Below are positions 46,442-56,312 of a stretch of 64,000 bases of DNA, one piece after another (position 1 is the stretch's first letter; every line of letters starts with the position of its first letter). Made by a program: the position numbers and the translations under genes. The notes under the pieces were generated by a model. The model saw nothing but the letters and a program-made list of their open reading frames with translations, was not told the origin of the DNA and searched no databases. Source of the DNA: Acidimicrobiales bacterium (GTDB taxonomy: Bacteria; Actinomycetota; Acidimicrobiia; Acidimicrobiales; SZUA-35); the NCBI GenBank assembly GCA_965216205.1, contig OZ244139.1, positions 3,705,960 through 3,769,959 of the forward strand, written 5' to 3'.

Positions 46442-47176
46442 TCAGCCCGCGGCCGGATCCTCGATCGAGGGCACGATGCGAGGGGTCCACGGCCGGGGCT
46501 TGTCGTAGTGGTGGCCGACGATCTGTGCGCTGGCGAGCCCAGCGAGGAACTCGGCCGGGCCGTCGAAGTCGGGCATGACCACGTAGCCGGCCCCGAGGGC
46601 GCCGGGCACGTGGGCGTCGCTCCCGGCCCCCACGCAGAGCCCGTGACGCTCGCCGTACTCGACCGCCTGACGGTTCAGCGACTGGAGGCTCGTCTTCGAG
46701 TTGTGTCCCTCGATCGCATCGACCAGGCCCTCGGCGACGAGCTCGTCGATCTCCTCGGCCCGGAGGCAGTTGCGCATCGGATCGAACGGGTGCGGGATGT
46801 AGACGACGCCGCCCTGCTCGCGGATCCTGCGGGCTGCGTCGAGAAGCGGTATCCCCATCGGGATCCGCTCGGACAGGAACAGGCCGATCAGTTCGCCCTG
46901 GCCGACCCGGAGCTCCTCACCGACGATCACCCGACAGCTCAGTTGATCGGTGAGGGCCTGGGCGCCGGCGATCACGTTGTGGTCGGTGATGCAGAGTACG
47001 TCGATGCCCGACTCGTCGACCGCCGCGATCAGCTCGTCGGGGGTGGTGGTGCAATCGCCGGACCACATCGTGTGGCTGTGACAGTCGACCCGAACCCAAC
47101 CGTCGGGGATCGGGTCTCCCAGGTGGGGATGACGTTCGAGAGCGGCCGGTGCCGGCCCGGCGGATGGGACGCGCAC
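46442..47176 (-). CDS. PHP-domain metal-dependent phosphoesterase
   Basis: Supported by ..VDCHSHTMWSGDC.., ..LCITDHN.. and ..IPHPFD... The start is placed at GTG 47176 just after the pmbA stop and is uncertain. Confidence 0.75.
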   Translation of the reverse strand: MRVPSAGPAPAALERHPHLGDPIPDGWVRVDCHSHTMWSGDCTTTPDELIAAVDESGIDVLCITDHNVIAGAQALTDQLSCRVIVGEELRVGQGELIGLFLSERIPMGIPLLDAARRIREQGGVVYIPHPFDPMRNCLRAEEIDELVAEGLVDAIEGHNSKTSLQSLNRQAVEYGERHGLCVGAGSDAHVPGALGAGYVVMPDFDGPAEFLAGLASAQIVGHHYDKPRPWTPRIVPSIEDPAAG

Positions 47177-47178
47177 CG

Positions 47179-48525
47179 CTAGATGCCCGACAGCGCCACG
47201 TCGCCGATCACCAGCGAAGGTGTGCTCACCCCGCTCGGCAGGTGGGTCACGTCGGCCCCGACCCGCGTCACGTCGAGGAGGAGCCGCTGCAGCGTCGAAC
47301 CCACGGTGCACTCGTTGACCGGTTCGGCCAGCTCACCGTCGCGGATCAAGCGGCCGGTCACCCCCACCGAGAAGTCGCCGGACACCGGGTTCACGCCGCT
47401 GTGCAGGCCCGCCAGGCTGAACACGAGCAGGCCGAGCTCGCAGCCGGCGATGAACTCGTCGAGCGAGCCGTCGCCGGGGTCGACCTCGAGGGCGTGCAGG
47501 CCAGGCGAGGGGAGGCCCCGGGTGCCCCGCACCGCAGAGCCGGTCGAGCCGGCGCCCGAGCGGCGACCCGTGTAGGAATCGTGGAGGAAACCCTGGAGCA
47601 CGCCACCGGTCACGAGCGGGACCCGGCGGCAGGCCAGGCCCTCCCCGTCGTAGGCATCGGCCCCCAGCGAATCGGGGTTGGTGGCGTCGTCGGCGAAGCT
47701 GAGGATCGGTGCCGCCACCTCGGAGCCGACCCGGTCGGCGAACGGTGAGCGGCCCTTGAGTACCCGGTCGCCCGTCATGGTGCCAGCGACGAGGCCGAGC
47801 ACGGTCGCCGCGAGGTGGGGATCGAGCACGAGATCGACCTTGGCCGAGGACGGCTTGACCGACCCGAGCAGGTCGACGGTGTGGCTGACGGCCCGCCCGA
47901 CGACGCGGTCGAGGTCGAGGAGACCCGGCTCGCGGGCCCCGTCCCAGGCGAACCCGGTCTGGGTGCGGTCGCCCTCGGCGGCCAGCGCCTGCACCGACAC
48001 GTTGGACGACGTCGCCCGGGTCGACGATGCGATCCCGGCGGTCGACGCCAGCGCGACCGCCGCGTCGCTGTCGCTGTAGGCGGCGACCCGCACACCGGTG
48101 ATCCGCTCGTCGGCGGCCCGGATCCGGCGCTCGACCTCGAGCGCGATGCCCACCTTGGTGTCGATGTCGGTGGCGGCCACCTCGGGCCGCCAGAGGTCGA
48201 TGTCCACCGCCTCGACGCCGTCGGGTTGGGCGATGCCGACGTAGGGGTCCGCCTCGGCGAACACCGCGTTGTCGCGGGCGTCGGCCAGCATGTCGGCGAT
48301 CACGTCGTCGTCGAGGGAACCGGCGCTGGCGAATCCCTCCCGACCGTCGACGAGCACCCGGATCCCGATCGCGGCGTTGTCGGCGGTCGTCAACGACTCG
48401 AGCTCGCCCTCGTAGACCCGCACCGAGCACGACCGGCCCCACGAGCAGGCGACCTCGATCTCCTCGCCGTCGACCGCCTGCTCGACGACCCGGGCGGCGA
48501 TCTTCTCCAGATCCTCGACGTTCAC
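47179..48525 (-). CDS. pmbA: TldD/PmbA family metalloprotease, PmbA-type subunit
   Basis: Family pattern is visible throughout. GTG 48525 overlaps the tldD stop (GTGA). Confidence 0.85.
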   Translation of the reverse strand: MNVEDLEKIAARVVEQAVDGEEIEVACSWGRSCSVRVYEGELESLTTADNAAIGIRVLVDGREGFASAGSLDDDVIADMLADARDNAVFAEADPYVGIAQPDGVEAVDIDLWRPEVAATDIDTKVGIALEVERRIRAADERITGVRVAAYSDSDAAVALASTAGIASSTRATSSNVSVQALAAEGDRTQTGFAWDGAREPGLLDLDRVVGRAVSHTVDLLGSVKPSSAKVDLVLDPHLAATVLGLVAGTMTGDRVLKGRSPFADRVGSEVAAPILSFADDATNPDSLGADAYDGEGLACRRVPLVTGGVLQGFLHDSYTGRRSGAGSTGSAVRGTRGLPSPGLHALEVDPGDGSLDEFIAGCELGLLVFSLAGLHSGVNPVSGDFSVGVTGRLIRDGELAEPVNECTVGSTLQRLLLDVTRVGADVTHLPSGVSTPSLVIGDVALSGI

Positions 48526-49934
48526 GCTGCGGTGCCCCCGATCGTGAGCTCCGCCACCCGGAGGGTCGGCACGCCGTCGCCCACCGGCACGCCCTGGCCG
48601 TCCTTGCCACACGTCCCCGGCGGGCCCATCTCGAAGTCGTTCCCTACCGCCTCGATCTGGCGGAGCACGGTGGGACCGTTCCCGATCAACTGGCCCTCCC
48701 GCAGGGGTGCGGTCAGCTCGCCGTTCTCGATGAGGTAGGCCTCGACCATGCCGAACACGAAGTCGCCGGACGCCGTGTTGACCTGACCGCCGCCGAGTCG
48801 GGCCACGTAGACGCCGTCGTCGACGCTGGCGATGATGTCGGCCGGGTCGGTGTCACCCCCGCTCAGGTAGGTGTTGGTCATGCGGACCATCGGCAGGTGG
48901 CGGTAGCTCTGGCGGCGGCCGTTGCCCGACGGGACCCGCCCCTCCTCCCGCGCCCGAATCCCGTCCCACAGGTAGTCGACGAGGACACCGTCCTCGATCA
49001 GCACGTTGCGGGCCGCCGGGGCGCCCTCGTCGTCGATCGCGTAGCGACCCCACTCGTCGGCCATGGTGCCGTCGTCGACCAGGGTCACGAGCGGCGACGC
49101 CACCTGCTCCCCCATCCGCCCGGCGAAGGCCGAGGCGTTCTTGCGGACGAGGTCGGCCTCGAGGCCATGGCCGCACGCCTCGTGGAACAGCACCCCGCCC
49201 GAGCCGGGTCCGATGACCACCGGCAGGGTGCCGGACGGGGCGGGGCGGGCCCGGAGCTTCGTCAGCGCCCGGTTGGCGGCTCGAGCGGCGAGCTGCTCCA
49301 CGTCGTAGCGGTCGAACAGCTCGAAACCGATCGAGAGCCCGACCGACTCGACACCGGTCTGCAGGCCCGCGTCGCCCGACGCCACGCACTGCACGCTGAA
49401 CCGGGTGCGGGTCTGGTCGTCGGTGGCGAGCACGCCATCGGAGTTGGCCACCAGGATCCGGCGCCGGGCATCGGCGTAACCGGCGCTGACCTGGGTGATG
49501 GCGGCATCGGTCGACCGGGCGACGTCCTCGGCCCGCCGGAGCAGCTCCACCTTGGTGACCTTGTCGATGTCCTCCGGCGGGATTCGCACCGGACCCGGTG
49601 TGGTGTCGACGGCGGCGATCGTGGGCGCGCCACCATCGCCGCTGGTGTCGAGCGCGTCGGCTGCGGCCTTGGCCGCCCGGGCCAGGCCGCGGGCGGAGAG
49701 ATCCGAGGTGTGGGCGAACCCGACCGACGAGCCGGCCAGCACCCGGATGCCGGCACCCCGGTCTCGGCCGGAGGCGAGGCGTTCGATCCGACCGTCGTCG
49801 AGCCCGACCGAGTCGCGCCGCTCGTCCTCCACGAACACCTCGGCGAACGAGGCCCCGCCGGACATCGCGACGGCGAGCGCCTGCTCCACCGCGGCTCGGT
49901 CGACGATCTCCTGGGACTGGTTCGGGCCGGTCAT
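48522..49934 (-). CDS. tldD: TldD family metalloprotease
   Basis: It has the ..VLFHEACGHGLEAD.. HExxxH motif and a full-length family pattern. Confidence 0.9.
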   Translation of the reverse strand: MTGPNQSQEIVDRAAVEQALAVAMSGGASFAEVFVEDERRDSVGLDDGRIERLASGRDRGAGIRVLAGSSVGFAHTSDLSARGLARAAKAAADALDTSGDGGAPTIAAVDTTPGPVRIPPEDIDKVTKVELLRRAEDVARSTDAAITQVSAGYADARRRILVANSDGVLATDDQTRTRFSVQCVASGDAGLQTGVESVGLSIGFELFDRYDVEQLAARAANRALTKLRARPAPSGTLPVVIGPGSGGVLFHEACGHGLEADLVRKNASAFAGRMGEQVASPLVTLVDDGTMADEWGRYAIDDEGAPAARNVLIEDGVLVDYLWDGIRAREEGRVPSGNGRRQSYRHLPMVRMTNTYLSGGDTDPADIIASVDDGVYVARLGGGQVNTASGDFVFGMVEAYLIENGELTAPLREGQLIGNGPTVLRQIEAVGNDFEMGPPGTCGKDGQGVPVGDGVPTLRVAELTIGGTAA

Positions 49935-50071
49935 CGAATCAACGTTAGTGATGGGTGACGGCGATGGGCGAGCCGGATGGGCTCGGCAACCTGGTCACCG
50001 CACTCCCGTCCGGTCCGGTTCTCCGGTGTCGAAGGTTGACCCACCCCCGTCGGCGAGGCACCGTAGTGACC

Positions 50072-50452
50072 ATGGCAGCGGAACCAGGGCTTGCGGCTAC
50101 ACGGTCGCTCACCGTCGGAGCGGATGACACGGCGATCGCCGTGGGATCGGGGTCGGTCGAGGTGCTCGCCACCCCCCGCCTCATCGCGCTCTGCGAGGCG
50201 GCGACCATCGCCGCGCTGGCGGGTCACCTGCAGGACGGCGAGACCTCGGTGGGGGTCGAGGTGAGGCTGGACCACGTGGCGGCCTCGCCGATCGGTCGGC
50301 GGGTGGCGGCCGAGGCGACCCTCGAGAAGGTCACGGGTAGGAAGCTCTTCTTCACGGTCAGCGCCCATGATGATCGGGGTTTGATCGCCGCCGGGAAGGT
50401 CACGAGGGTCGTCGTGAACGAGGCGGCGTTCATGGCGAAGTGCACCGACTAG
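50072..50452 (+). CDS. hotdog-fold thioesterase (fluoroacetyl-CoA-thioesterase-like)
   Basis: ..VGSGSVEVLATP.LIALCE.A......G..SVGV.V.L.H.AA.P.G.. is typical of the family. The start is ATG 50072. Confidence 0.7.
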   Translation: MAAEPGLAATRSLTVGADDTAIAVGSGSVEVLATPRLIALCEAATIAALAGHLQDGETSVGVEVRLDHVAASPIGRRVAAEATLEKVTGRKLFFTVSAHDDRGLIAAGKVTRVVVNEAAFMAKCTD

Positions 50453-50542
50453 GTCGGGCCTGCGGAGCAGGAGAAAGATCCGCTCCTCGACATCCCGCCG
50501 AACGGTGCGGAGCGATACCGTTGCTGTCGAGGTAGGAGAATC

Positions 50543-52420
50543 ATGCTTCTCGATTCCATCAGCCAGCCCAGCGACGTCAAGCGTCTGAGTCAGCGTCAGC
50601 TCGTCGAGCTGTGCGAGGAGCTGCGAGAGCGGATAATCGAAACGGTGAATGCCACGGGCGGACACCTCGGATCGAACCTCGGGATCGTGGAGCTCACCGT
50701 CGCCCTCCATCGCGTTCTCTCGTCGCCCGACGACATCATCCTGTTCGACACCGGCCACCAGACCTACACCCACAAGCTCCTGACCGGCCGCCAGGACGGC
50801 TTCGCCGAGCTCCGCCAGGCGGGCGGGATGTCGGGCTATCCGAGCCGGGTCGAGTCGGCGCACGACTGGATCGAGAACAGCCACGCGTCGACGGTTCTCG
50901 GCTACGCCCACGGTCTGGCGACCGCCAGGGGGCTGGTCGACCCCGACGACAAGCGGCGGATCGTGGCGATACTCGGCGACGGATCCCTCACCGGCGGGAT
51001 GGCGTTCGAGGGTCTCAACAACCTGGGGCATGCGGGGGCGAACGTGACGATCGTCCTCAACGACAACGGCCGCTCGTACGCCCCCACGGTGTCGCTGCTG
51101 TCGGAGAGCCTGGTCAAGATCCGGTCCAACCCCGTGTACATGCGGCGCCAACGGCGATTGGAGAGCTGGACCGGGCGGCTCCCGCTGATCGGGAAGCTGT
51201 CATTGACCGGCATCCGGGCCTCGAAGGCGGCGATCCGCGAGGCGTTCGAGCCACAGGCGTTCTTCGAGCCGCTCGGCGTGCGCTACATGGGCCCCTTCGA
51301 CGGCCACGACATCCCCGAGCTCGAGACCGCCCTCGTCAACGCCGGCAAGTTCGACGGGCCGGTCGTCCTCCACGTCAAGACGCAGAAGGGTCGCGGGTAC
51401 CCGCCGGCGGAGAACGATCACATCAAGGCGATGCACGATGCGTCACCCCGCTTCCTCGACGATGAGCTGCAGGTTGCGGTCGCCCCCGGCGAGAAGCGCG
51501 ACAGCTACACCGAGGCGTTCACCGAGAGCCTGGTGAAGCTCGCCGACGAGCACCCCGAGGTGGTGGCGATCACCGCTGCCATGCCCGACTCGACGGGGCT
51601 GTTGCCGTTCCGCCAGCGGTTCCCCGACCGGTGCTTCGACGTCGGCATCGCCGAGCAGCACGCCGTGACCGCCGCGGCGGGGATGGCGATGGGCGGCCTT
51701 CGGCCGGTCGTCGCCGTCTACTCGACGTTCCTCACCCGGGCGTTCGATCAGACCAACCTCGACGTCGGCCTCCACGACCTCCCGGTCATCCTGTGCCTCG
51801 ACCGGGCGGGGATCACCGGCCCCGACGGCCCGTCGCACTACGGGATCCTCGATCTCGTGCTGCTGTCGAAGGTCCCGGGGATGACGATCCTCTGCCCGTC
51901 GTCGTATCAGGAGCTCCAGCAGATGCTGCAGGACGCCTACGAGCTCGACGGGCCGGTGGCGATCCGGTGGCCCCGGACCGCGGCGCCGAGCGTGCCGCCC
52001 GAGGGGGTCGGGATCGGGCTCGCCGCCCGCCAGGTCCGGAGCGGGAGCCGGGTGTGCCTGATCGGTGTCGGCAAGATGCTCGGGGCTGTCGACGAGGCCG
52101 CCGAACTGCTTTCGGCATCGGGCGTCGAGGCGACCGTGTGGGATCCGCGGGTGGTCAAGCCACTCGACCCGGCCATGCTCGCCGACGCGGCTCGGCACGA
52201 GCTCGTCGTCTCGATCGAGGACGGCCTGGCCGAGGGCGGGATCGGCGCCAACATCGCCCGCGAGCTCGCCACCAGCGACGCCACCGTCCTGGCCCTCGGC
52301 GTGCCCACCGCCTACATCCCCCACAACAACGACGGCGACGCCATCCTCGCCGACCTCGGCCTCGACGGCCAGGGCGTCGCCCACACGGTCAGCGAAGCGC
52401 TCTCCCCCACCAGCAGCTGA
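50543..52420 (+). CDS. dxs: 1-deoxy-D-xylulose-5-phosphate synthase
   Basis: GGHLGSNLG, the ThDP motif GDGSLTGGMAFEGLNN, and ..GIAEQHAVT.. are present. Confidence 0.95.
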   Translation: MLLDSISQPSDVKRLSQRQLVELCEELRERIIETVNATGGHLGSNLGIVELTVALHRVLSSPDDIILFDTGHQTYTHKLLTGRQDGFAELRQAGGMSGYPSRVESAHDWIENSHASTVLGYAHGLATARGLVDPDDKRRIVAILGDGSLTGGMAFEGLNNLGHAGANVTIVLNDNGRSYAPTVSLLSESLVKIRSNPVYMRRQRRLESWTGRLPLIGKLSLTGIRASKAAIREAFEPQAFFEPLGVRYMGPFDGHDIPELETALVNAGKFDGPVVLHVKTQKGRGYPPAENDHIKAMHDASPRFLDDELQVAVAPGEKRDSYTEAFTESLVKLADEHPEVVAITAAMPDSTGLLPFRQRFPDRCFDVGIAEQHAVTAAAGMAMGGLRPVVAVYSTFLTRAFDQTNLDVGLHDLPVILCLDRAGITGPDGPSHYGILDLVLLSKVPGMTILCPSSYQELQQMLQDAYELDGPVAIRWPRTAAPSVPPEGVGIGLAARQVRSGSRVCLIGVGKMLGAVDEAAELLSASGVEATVWDPRVVKPLDPAMLADAARHELVVSIEDGLAEGGIGANIARELATSDATVLALGVPTAYIPHNNDGDAILADLGLDGQGVAHTVSEALSPTSS

Positions 52421-52432
52421 CCCACCCGCCGC

Positions 52433-52539
52433 CTCTGGCAGCTTCCACGCCCGCCCCCGGTGCACAACGCTGCCAGAGCGAGCAGTCGCCGGTCTCTGGC
52501 AGCTTCCACGCCCACCCCCGGTGCAAAACGCTGCCAAAG
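52433..52539. repeat. two tandem copies (61-bp period) of a CTCTGGCAGC...GCTGCCAGAG-ended intergenic element
   Basis: The arms lie at 52433/52469 and 52494/52530. The 28-nt interior is 20/28 identical, by hand alignment, to the reverse complement of the 8864..8891 interior. Confidence 0.7.
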
Positions 52540-52565
52540 GTGGGGCGGCGATTCTGCGGTCGGGG

Positions 52566-52931
52566 TCAGGTGTCGTCCACGGCGAGGTCGCGGAGCTCGT
52601 CGAGCGTCGCGTACTCGAGCATCGCGGCGTGGGTGGCGGCGAGCACGAGGCGGGGTGCGGCGCCGGCGTCCCTCGCCTCGACCCACCGCGAGGCGCACAG
52701 GCACCAGCGGTCGCCCGGGGTCAACCCCTCGAATCCGAAGGCCGGGTTGGGTGTGCTCAGGTCGTTGCCGACCGACGCGCTGAACGCCAGGAACTCCTCG
52801 GTCACCTCGGCGCACGCCACGTGCACCCCGACGTCGCCGCCACCGGTGTTACAGCAACCATCCCGGTAGAAGCCCGTGAGCGGATCGTTCGAACACGGTT
52901 CGAGCTCGGTACCCAACACGTTGCGCGCCAT
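52566..52931 (-). CDS. DUF2237 family protein
   Basis: MARNVLGTELEPCS.DP.TGFYRDGCCNTG..D.G.H..CA.. is the typical DUF2237 signature. Confidence 0.75.
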   Translation of the reverse strand: MARNVLGTELEPCSNDPLTGFYRDGCCNTGGGDVGVHVACAEVTEEFLAFSASVGNDLSTPNPAFGFEGLTPGDRWCLCASRWVEARDAGAAPRLVLAATHAAMLEYATLDELRDLAVDDT

Positions 52932-52991
52932 CGACCCAGTATGTTCGATGCCGGTACCCGACCGCGGCGCCTGCGGGTTAGATTTGCCGCC

Positions 52992-53924
52992 GTGCCGAAC
53001 CACCGCCCTCCACCGGTTGCGGCCGTAGCGATCGTGGCGGCGCTCGCCCTCCTCGCCACGGCCTGCGGGACGACGGGAGCCGAGGAGCCGACCACGATGT
53101 CGCTCCGCTTGGTGCCCAGCGATGGCGGGTCCGACGGCGGTTCCGACGAATCGGGCGACAGCGGAACCGGCGATGGCGGAACCGGCGATGGCTCCGGTGA
53201 TGGTGAGTCGACCACCGCGGTGACACCACCGGACTGGCTTGGCTCCCGACCTCTCCCCACAACCGACGACGGCAGCGTGGTGCCCCAGACGACCCCCGAG
53301 GAGCTCGTCGACCGTCGGTTCATCACCACCGACACGCTGGCGCCACCGGCGGGCGACGCGTTCGAGTCGAGCATCGAGCCGCTCGCCGGCGAGCCGCTCG
53401 ACCGATCGACCTGGACCGCCGACTGCCCGGTCACGGTCGACGAGCTCCGCTACCTCACGATGAGCTTCTGGGGCTTCGACGATCGGCCCCACACCGGCGA
53501 GATGATCGTGAACGCGTCGGTCGCCGAGGACGTGGTGGCTGTGTTCGAACGCCTCTACGAGGTCCGCTTCCCCATCGAGGAGATGCGGATCGTCACCCGG
53601 GCCGACCTCGACGCCGCCCCCACCGGCGACGGCAACATGACCACGGCGTTCGTGTGCCGGAAGGTGGTCGGCGGGAGCGACGAGTTCTCACAGCACGCCT
53701 TCGGGCTGGCGGTCGACATCAACCCGTTCCAGAACCCCTACATCAAGGGTGACGTGGTGCTCCCCGAACTGGCCACGAGCTACACGGACCGGTCGGAGCC
53801 CAAGCCGGGCATGCACCTCGAAGGCGGTCCCGCAGTTGCAGCATTCGACGAGATCGGCTGGGGTTGGGGCGGTCGCTGGCGGACCTTGAAGGACTACCAG
53901 CACTTCTCGCTCAACAGTCGCTGA
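52992..53924 (+). CDS. M15-family (VanY/D-Ala-D-Ala carboxypeptidase-like) lipoprotein peptidase
   Basis: It has the lipobox LLATAC and a Gly/Asp/Ser linker. The C-terminus has ..SQHAFGLAVDINP.. and ..GWGWGGRW....DYQHF... Confidence 0.75.
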   Translation: MPNHRPPPVAAVAIVAALALLATACGTTGAEEPTTMSLRLVPSDGGSDGGSDESGDSGTGDGGTGDGSGDGESTTAVTPPDWLGSRPLPTTDDGSVVPQTTPEELVDRRFITTDTLAPPAGDAFESSIEPLAGEPLDRSTWTADCPVTVDELRYLTMSFWGFDDRPHTGEMIVNASVAEDVVAVFERLYEVRFPIEEMRIVTRADLDAAPTGDGNMTTAFVCRKVVGGSDEFSQHAFGLAVDINPFQNPYIKGDVVLPELATSYTDRSEPKPGMHLEGGPAVAAFDEIGWGWGGRWRTLKDYQHFSLNSR

Positions 53925-53969
53925 CCGTCGTCCGGGCACAGTCCGGCGGCAAACCAGGGGGTTCGGAAC

Positions 53970-56231
53970 ATGAACGGTGTGACGGTCGAGGAGTCGACCC
54001 CGCAGTGGGATCCGCCGGCCCGGCCGCCGGCCGGTGCACCCAACGTGGTGGTGATCGTGCTCGACGACACCGGCTTCGCCCACCTCGGCTGCTACGGCTC
54101 CGACATCGACACGCCCGCCATCGACCGGCTGGCGGCCGGAGGCCTCCGCTACACCAACTTCCACACCACGGCGCTGTGCTCCCCCACCAGGGCCTGCCTG
54201 CTGACCGGACGCAACCACCACTCGGTGGGCATGCGGTTCATCTCGAACATCGACACCGGGTTCTCCAACGCCCGGGGGGCGATCGCCCCCAGCGCGGCGA
54301 CCATGGCCGAGATGCTGCGGGCCCACGGCTACGGCACGTTCGCTCTCGGCAAGTGGCACCTGGCGACCCTCGAGGACTGCTCGCCGGCCGGGCCGATGAC
54401 GAACTGGCCGCTCCAGCGTGGCTTCGACCGCTACTACGGCTTCATGGGCGGCGCCACCGACCAGTTCTCACCAGAGCTGACGATCGACAACCACCCGATC
54501 GACCCGCCGCTGGAGGACGGCTACCACGTGTCGGAGGACCTGGTGGACCAGGCGATCGCCATGATCACCGCCCATCAGGGCTCGTCTCCCGGCAACCGGT
54601 TCTTCACCTACCTCGCCTTCGGGGCCACCCACTCGCCCCACCAGGCGCCGCCGGACTATGTGGCGAAGTACCAGGGTCGCTACGACGACGGCTGGGATGC
54701 CGTGCGCGAGCGCTGGTTCGCGAAGCAGGTGGCCACCGGAGTCGTGCCGGAGGGGACCACCCTGGCCCCCCGGAATCCGGGCGTGGAGCCGTGGGACTCG
54801 CTCGACGACGACGCCAAGGCCCTCTACTGCCGGATGCAGGAGGCGTTCGCCGGGTTCCTTGATCACACCGACGACCAGATCGGCCGGCTCGTCGACTTCC
54901 TCGAGGCCAACGAACTGCTCGACGACACGATGATCGTGCTCCTGTCCGACAACGGCGCCAGCCGGGAGGGCGGTCGTCACGGCACCCTCAACGAATTGGC
55001 GTTCTTCAACGAGATGCCGTCGCCGGTGACCGAGATGGTCGACCGGGTCGACGAGATCGGCGGGCCGAACATCTACAACAACTACCCGTGGGGCTGGGCC
55101 CAGGTCGGCAACACCCCGCTCCGGTACTTCAAGTCGAACACGTACGAGGGCGGCATCCGCGATCCGCTGATCATCCACTGGCCCGACGGGATCGCCGACG
55201 GTGGCGGTCTCCGCGATCAGTACCACCACGTGTCCGATGTGCTGCCCACGATCCTCGAGTGCATCGGGATCGACGCGCCGACCAGCTATCACGGCGTTCC
55301 CCAGCAGCCGGTGGAGGGCACCAGCTTCCGGTACACCTTCGACGCGCCCGATGCACCGACGGCGAAATCGACCCAGTACTACGAGATGGTCGGCCACCGG
55401 GCGATCTGGCACGGCGGGTGGAAGGCGGTGACGCTGCACCGTCGGGGCACGCCGTTCGACGAGGACCAGTGGTCGCTCTACCACACCGACGAGGACTTCT
55501 CGGAGTGCAACGACGTCGCCGCCGAACACCCGGAGAAGCTCCGTGAGCTGGTGGATCGGTGGTGGGTGGAGGCCGGCCGCTACAACGTGCTCCCCCTCGA
55601 CGATCGGGGCGCGGCGGAGCTGTTCGTGATCCGCCGGCCCGGGCACCAACCGCCGGGTCCGATCCAACGGTTCCTCCCGGCAACCCCGCATCTCGAGCGG
55701 AGCAAGACGCCCGACATCCGCAACCGGTCGTTCGAGATCCGGGCCCGGGTGTCCCGGGCGGCGGACGGCGCGCCGGGTGCCGAGGACGGGGTGCTGGCGG
55801 CGTGCGGGGCCCGGACGGGCGGCTATACGTTCTTCGTGCAGGACGACCGGCTGTGGTTCGTCTACAACCACCTCGGCACGATGTACGAGATCGCCGGCGA
55901 CGAGCCGCTCCCCAGCGGCGAGGTCGAGCTCGCGGTCCGCTACGCGAAGACCGGCGAGCATCGGGGCACCGCCGAGCTGCTGGTCCGGGCGTGGGGCGGT
56001 GGCGACGAGCGCTCGCTCGGGTCGGGGCCGGTCGAGACCCTCCCCTACCGCCAGACCACCTACGGGATGGACATCGGCTGCGACGCCGGTCCCACCGTCT
56101 CCCCCCGCTACCAGGGCCCGTTCCCCTACCAGGGGATCCTCCACGACGTGTGCTACGAGCTGCAGGACGACCGCGACGATCTCGAACGGGCGGCCGAGGT
56201 GGAGCTGGCCAACCAACTCGCCGACCAGTAG
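53970..56231 (+). CDS. arylsulfatase (formylglycine-dependent sulfatase family)
   Basis: It has the CSPTRACLLTGRNHH sulfatase signature and a long C-terminal domain. Confidence 0.9.
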   Translation: MNGVTVEESTPQWDPPARPPAGAPNVVVIVLDDTGFAHLGCYGSDIDTPAIDRLAAGGLRYTNFHTTALCSPTRACLLTGRNHHSVGMRFISNIDTGFSNARGAIAPSAATMAEMLRAHGYGTFALGKWHLATLEDCSPAGPMTNWPLQRGFDRYYGFMGGATDQFSPELTIDNHPIDPPLEDGYHVSEDLVDQAIAMITAHQGSSPGNRFFTYLAFGATHSPHQAPPDYVAKYQGRYDDGWDAVRERWFAKQVATGVVPEGTTLAPRNPGVEPWDSLDDDAKALYCRMQEAFAGFLDHTDDQIGRLVDFLEANELLDDTMIVLLSDNGASREGGRHGTLNELAFFNEMPSPVTEMVDRVDEIGGPNIYNNYPWGWAQVGNTPLRYFKSNTYEGGIRDPLIIHWPDGIADGGGLRDQYHHVSDVLPTILECIGIDAPTSYHGVPQQPVEGTSFRYTFDAPDAPTAKSTQYYEMVGHRAIWHGGWKAVTLHRRGTPFDEDQWSLYHTDEDFSECNDVAAEHPEKLRELVDRWWVEAGRYNVLPLDDRGAAELFVIRRPGHQPPGPIQRFLPATPHLERSKTPDIRNRSFEIRARVSRAADGAPGAEDGVLAACGARTGGYTFFVQDDRLWFVYNHLGTMYEIAGDEPLPSGEVELAVRYAKTGEHRGTAELLVRAWGGGDERSLGSGPVETLPYRQTTYGMDIGCDAGPTVSPRYQGPFPYQGILHDVCYELQDDRDDLERAAEVELANQLADQ

Positions 56232-56236
56232 GCACT

Positions 56237-56309
56237 CCGCACACCGGTGCCAGACACTTCGTGCCGGGGTCGCCCCGAGCCGCACGAAGTGTCTGGCACC
56301 GGTGTGCGG
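56237..56309. repeat. 28-bp perfect inverted repeat with a 17-nt spacer, between convergent genes
   Basis: CCGCACACCGGTGCCAGACACTTCGTGC (56237..56264) is the exact reverse complement of 56282..56309. The spacer itself contains a CGGGG-TCG-CCCCG mini-hairpin. Confidence 0.85.
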
Positions 56310-56312
56310 GGG

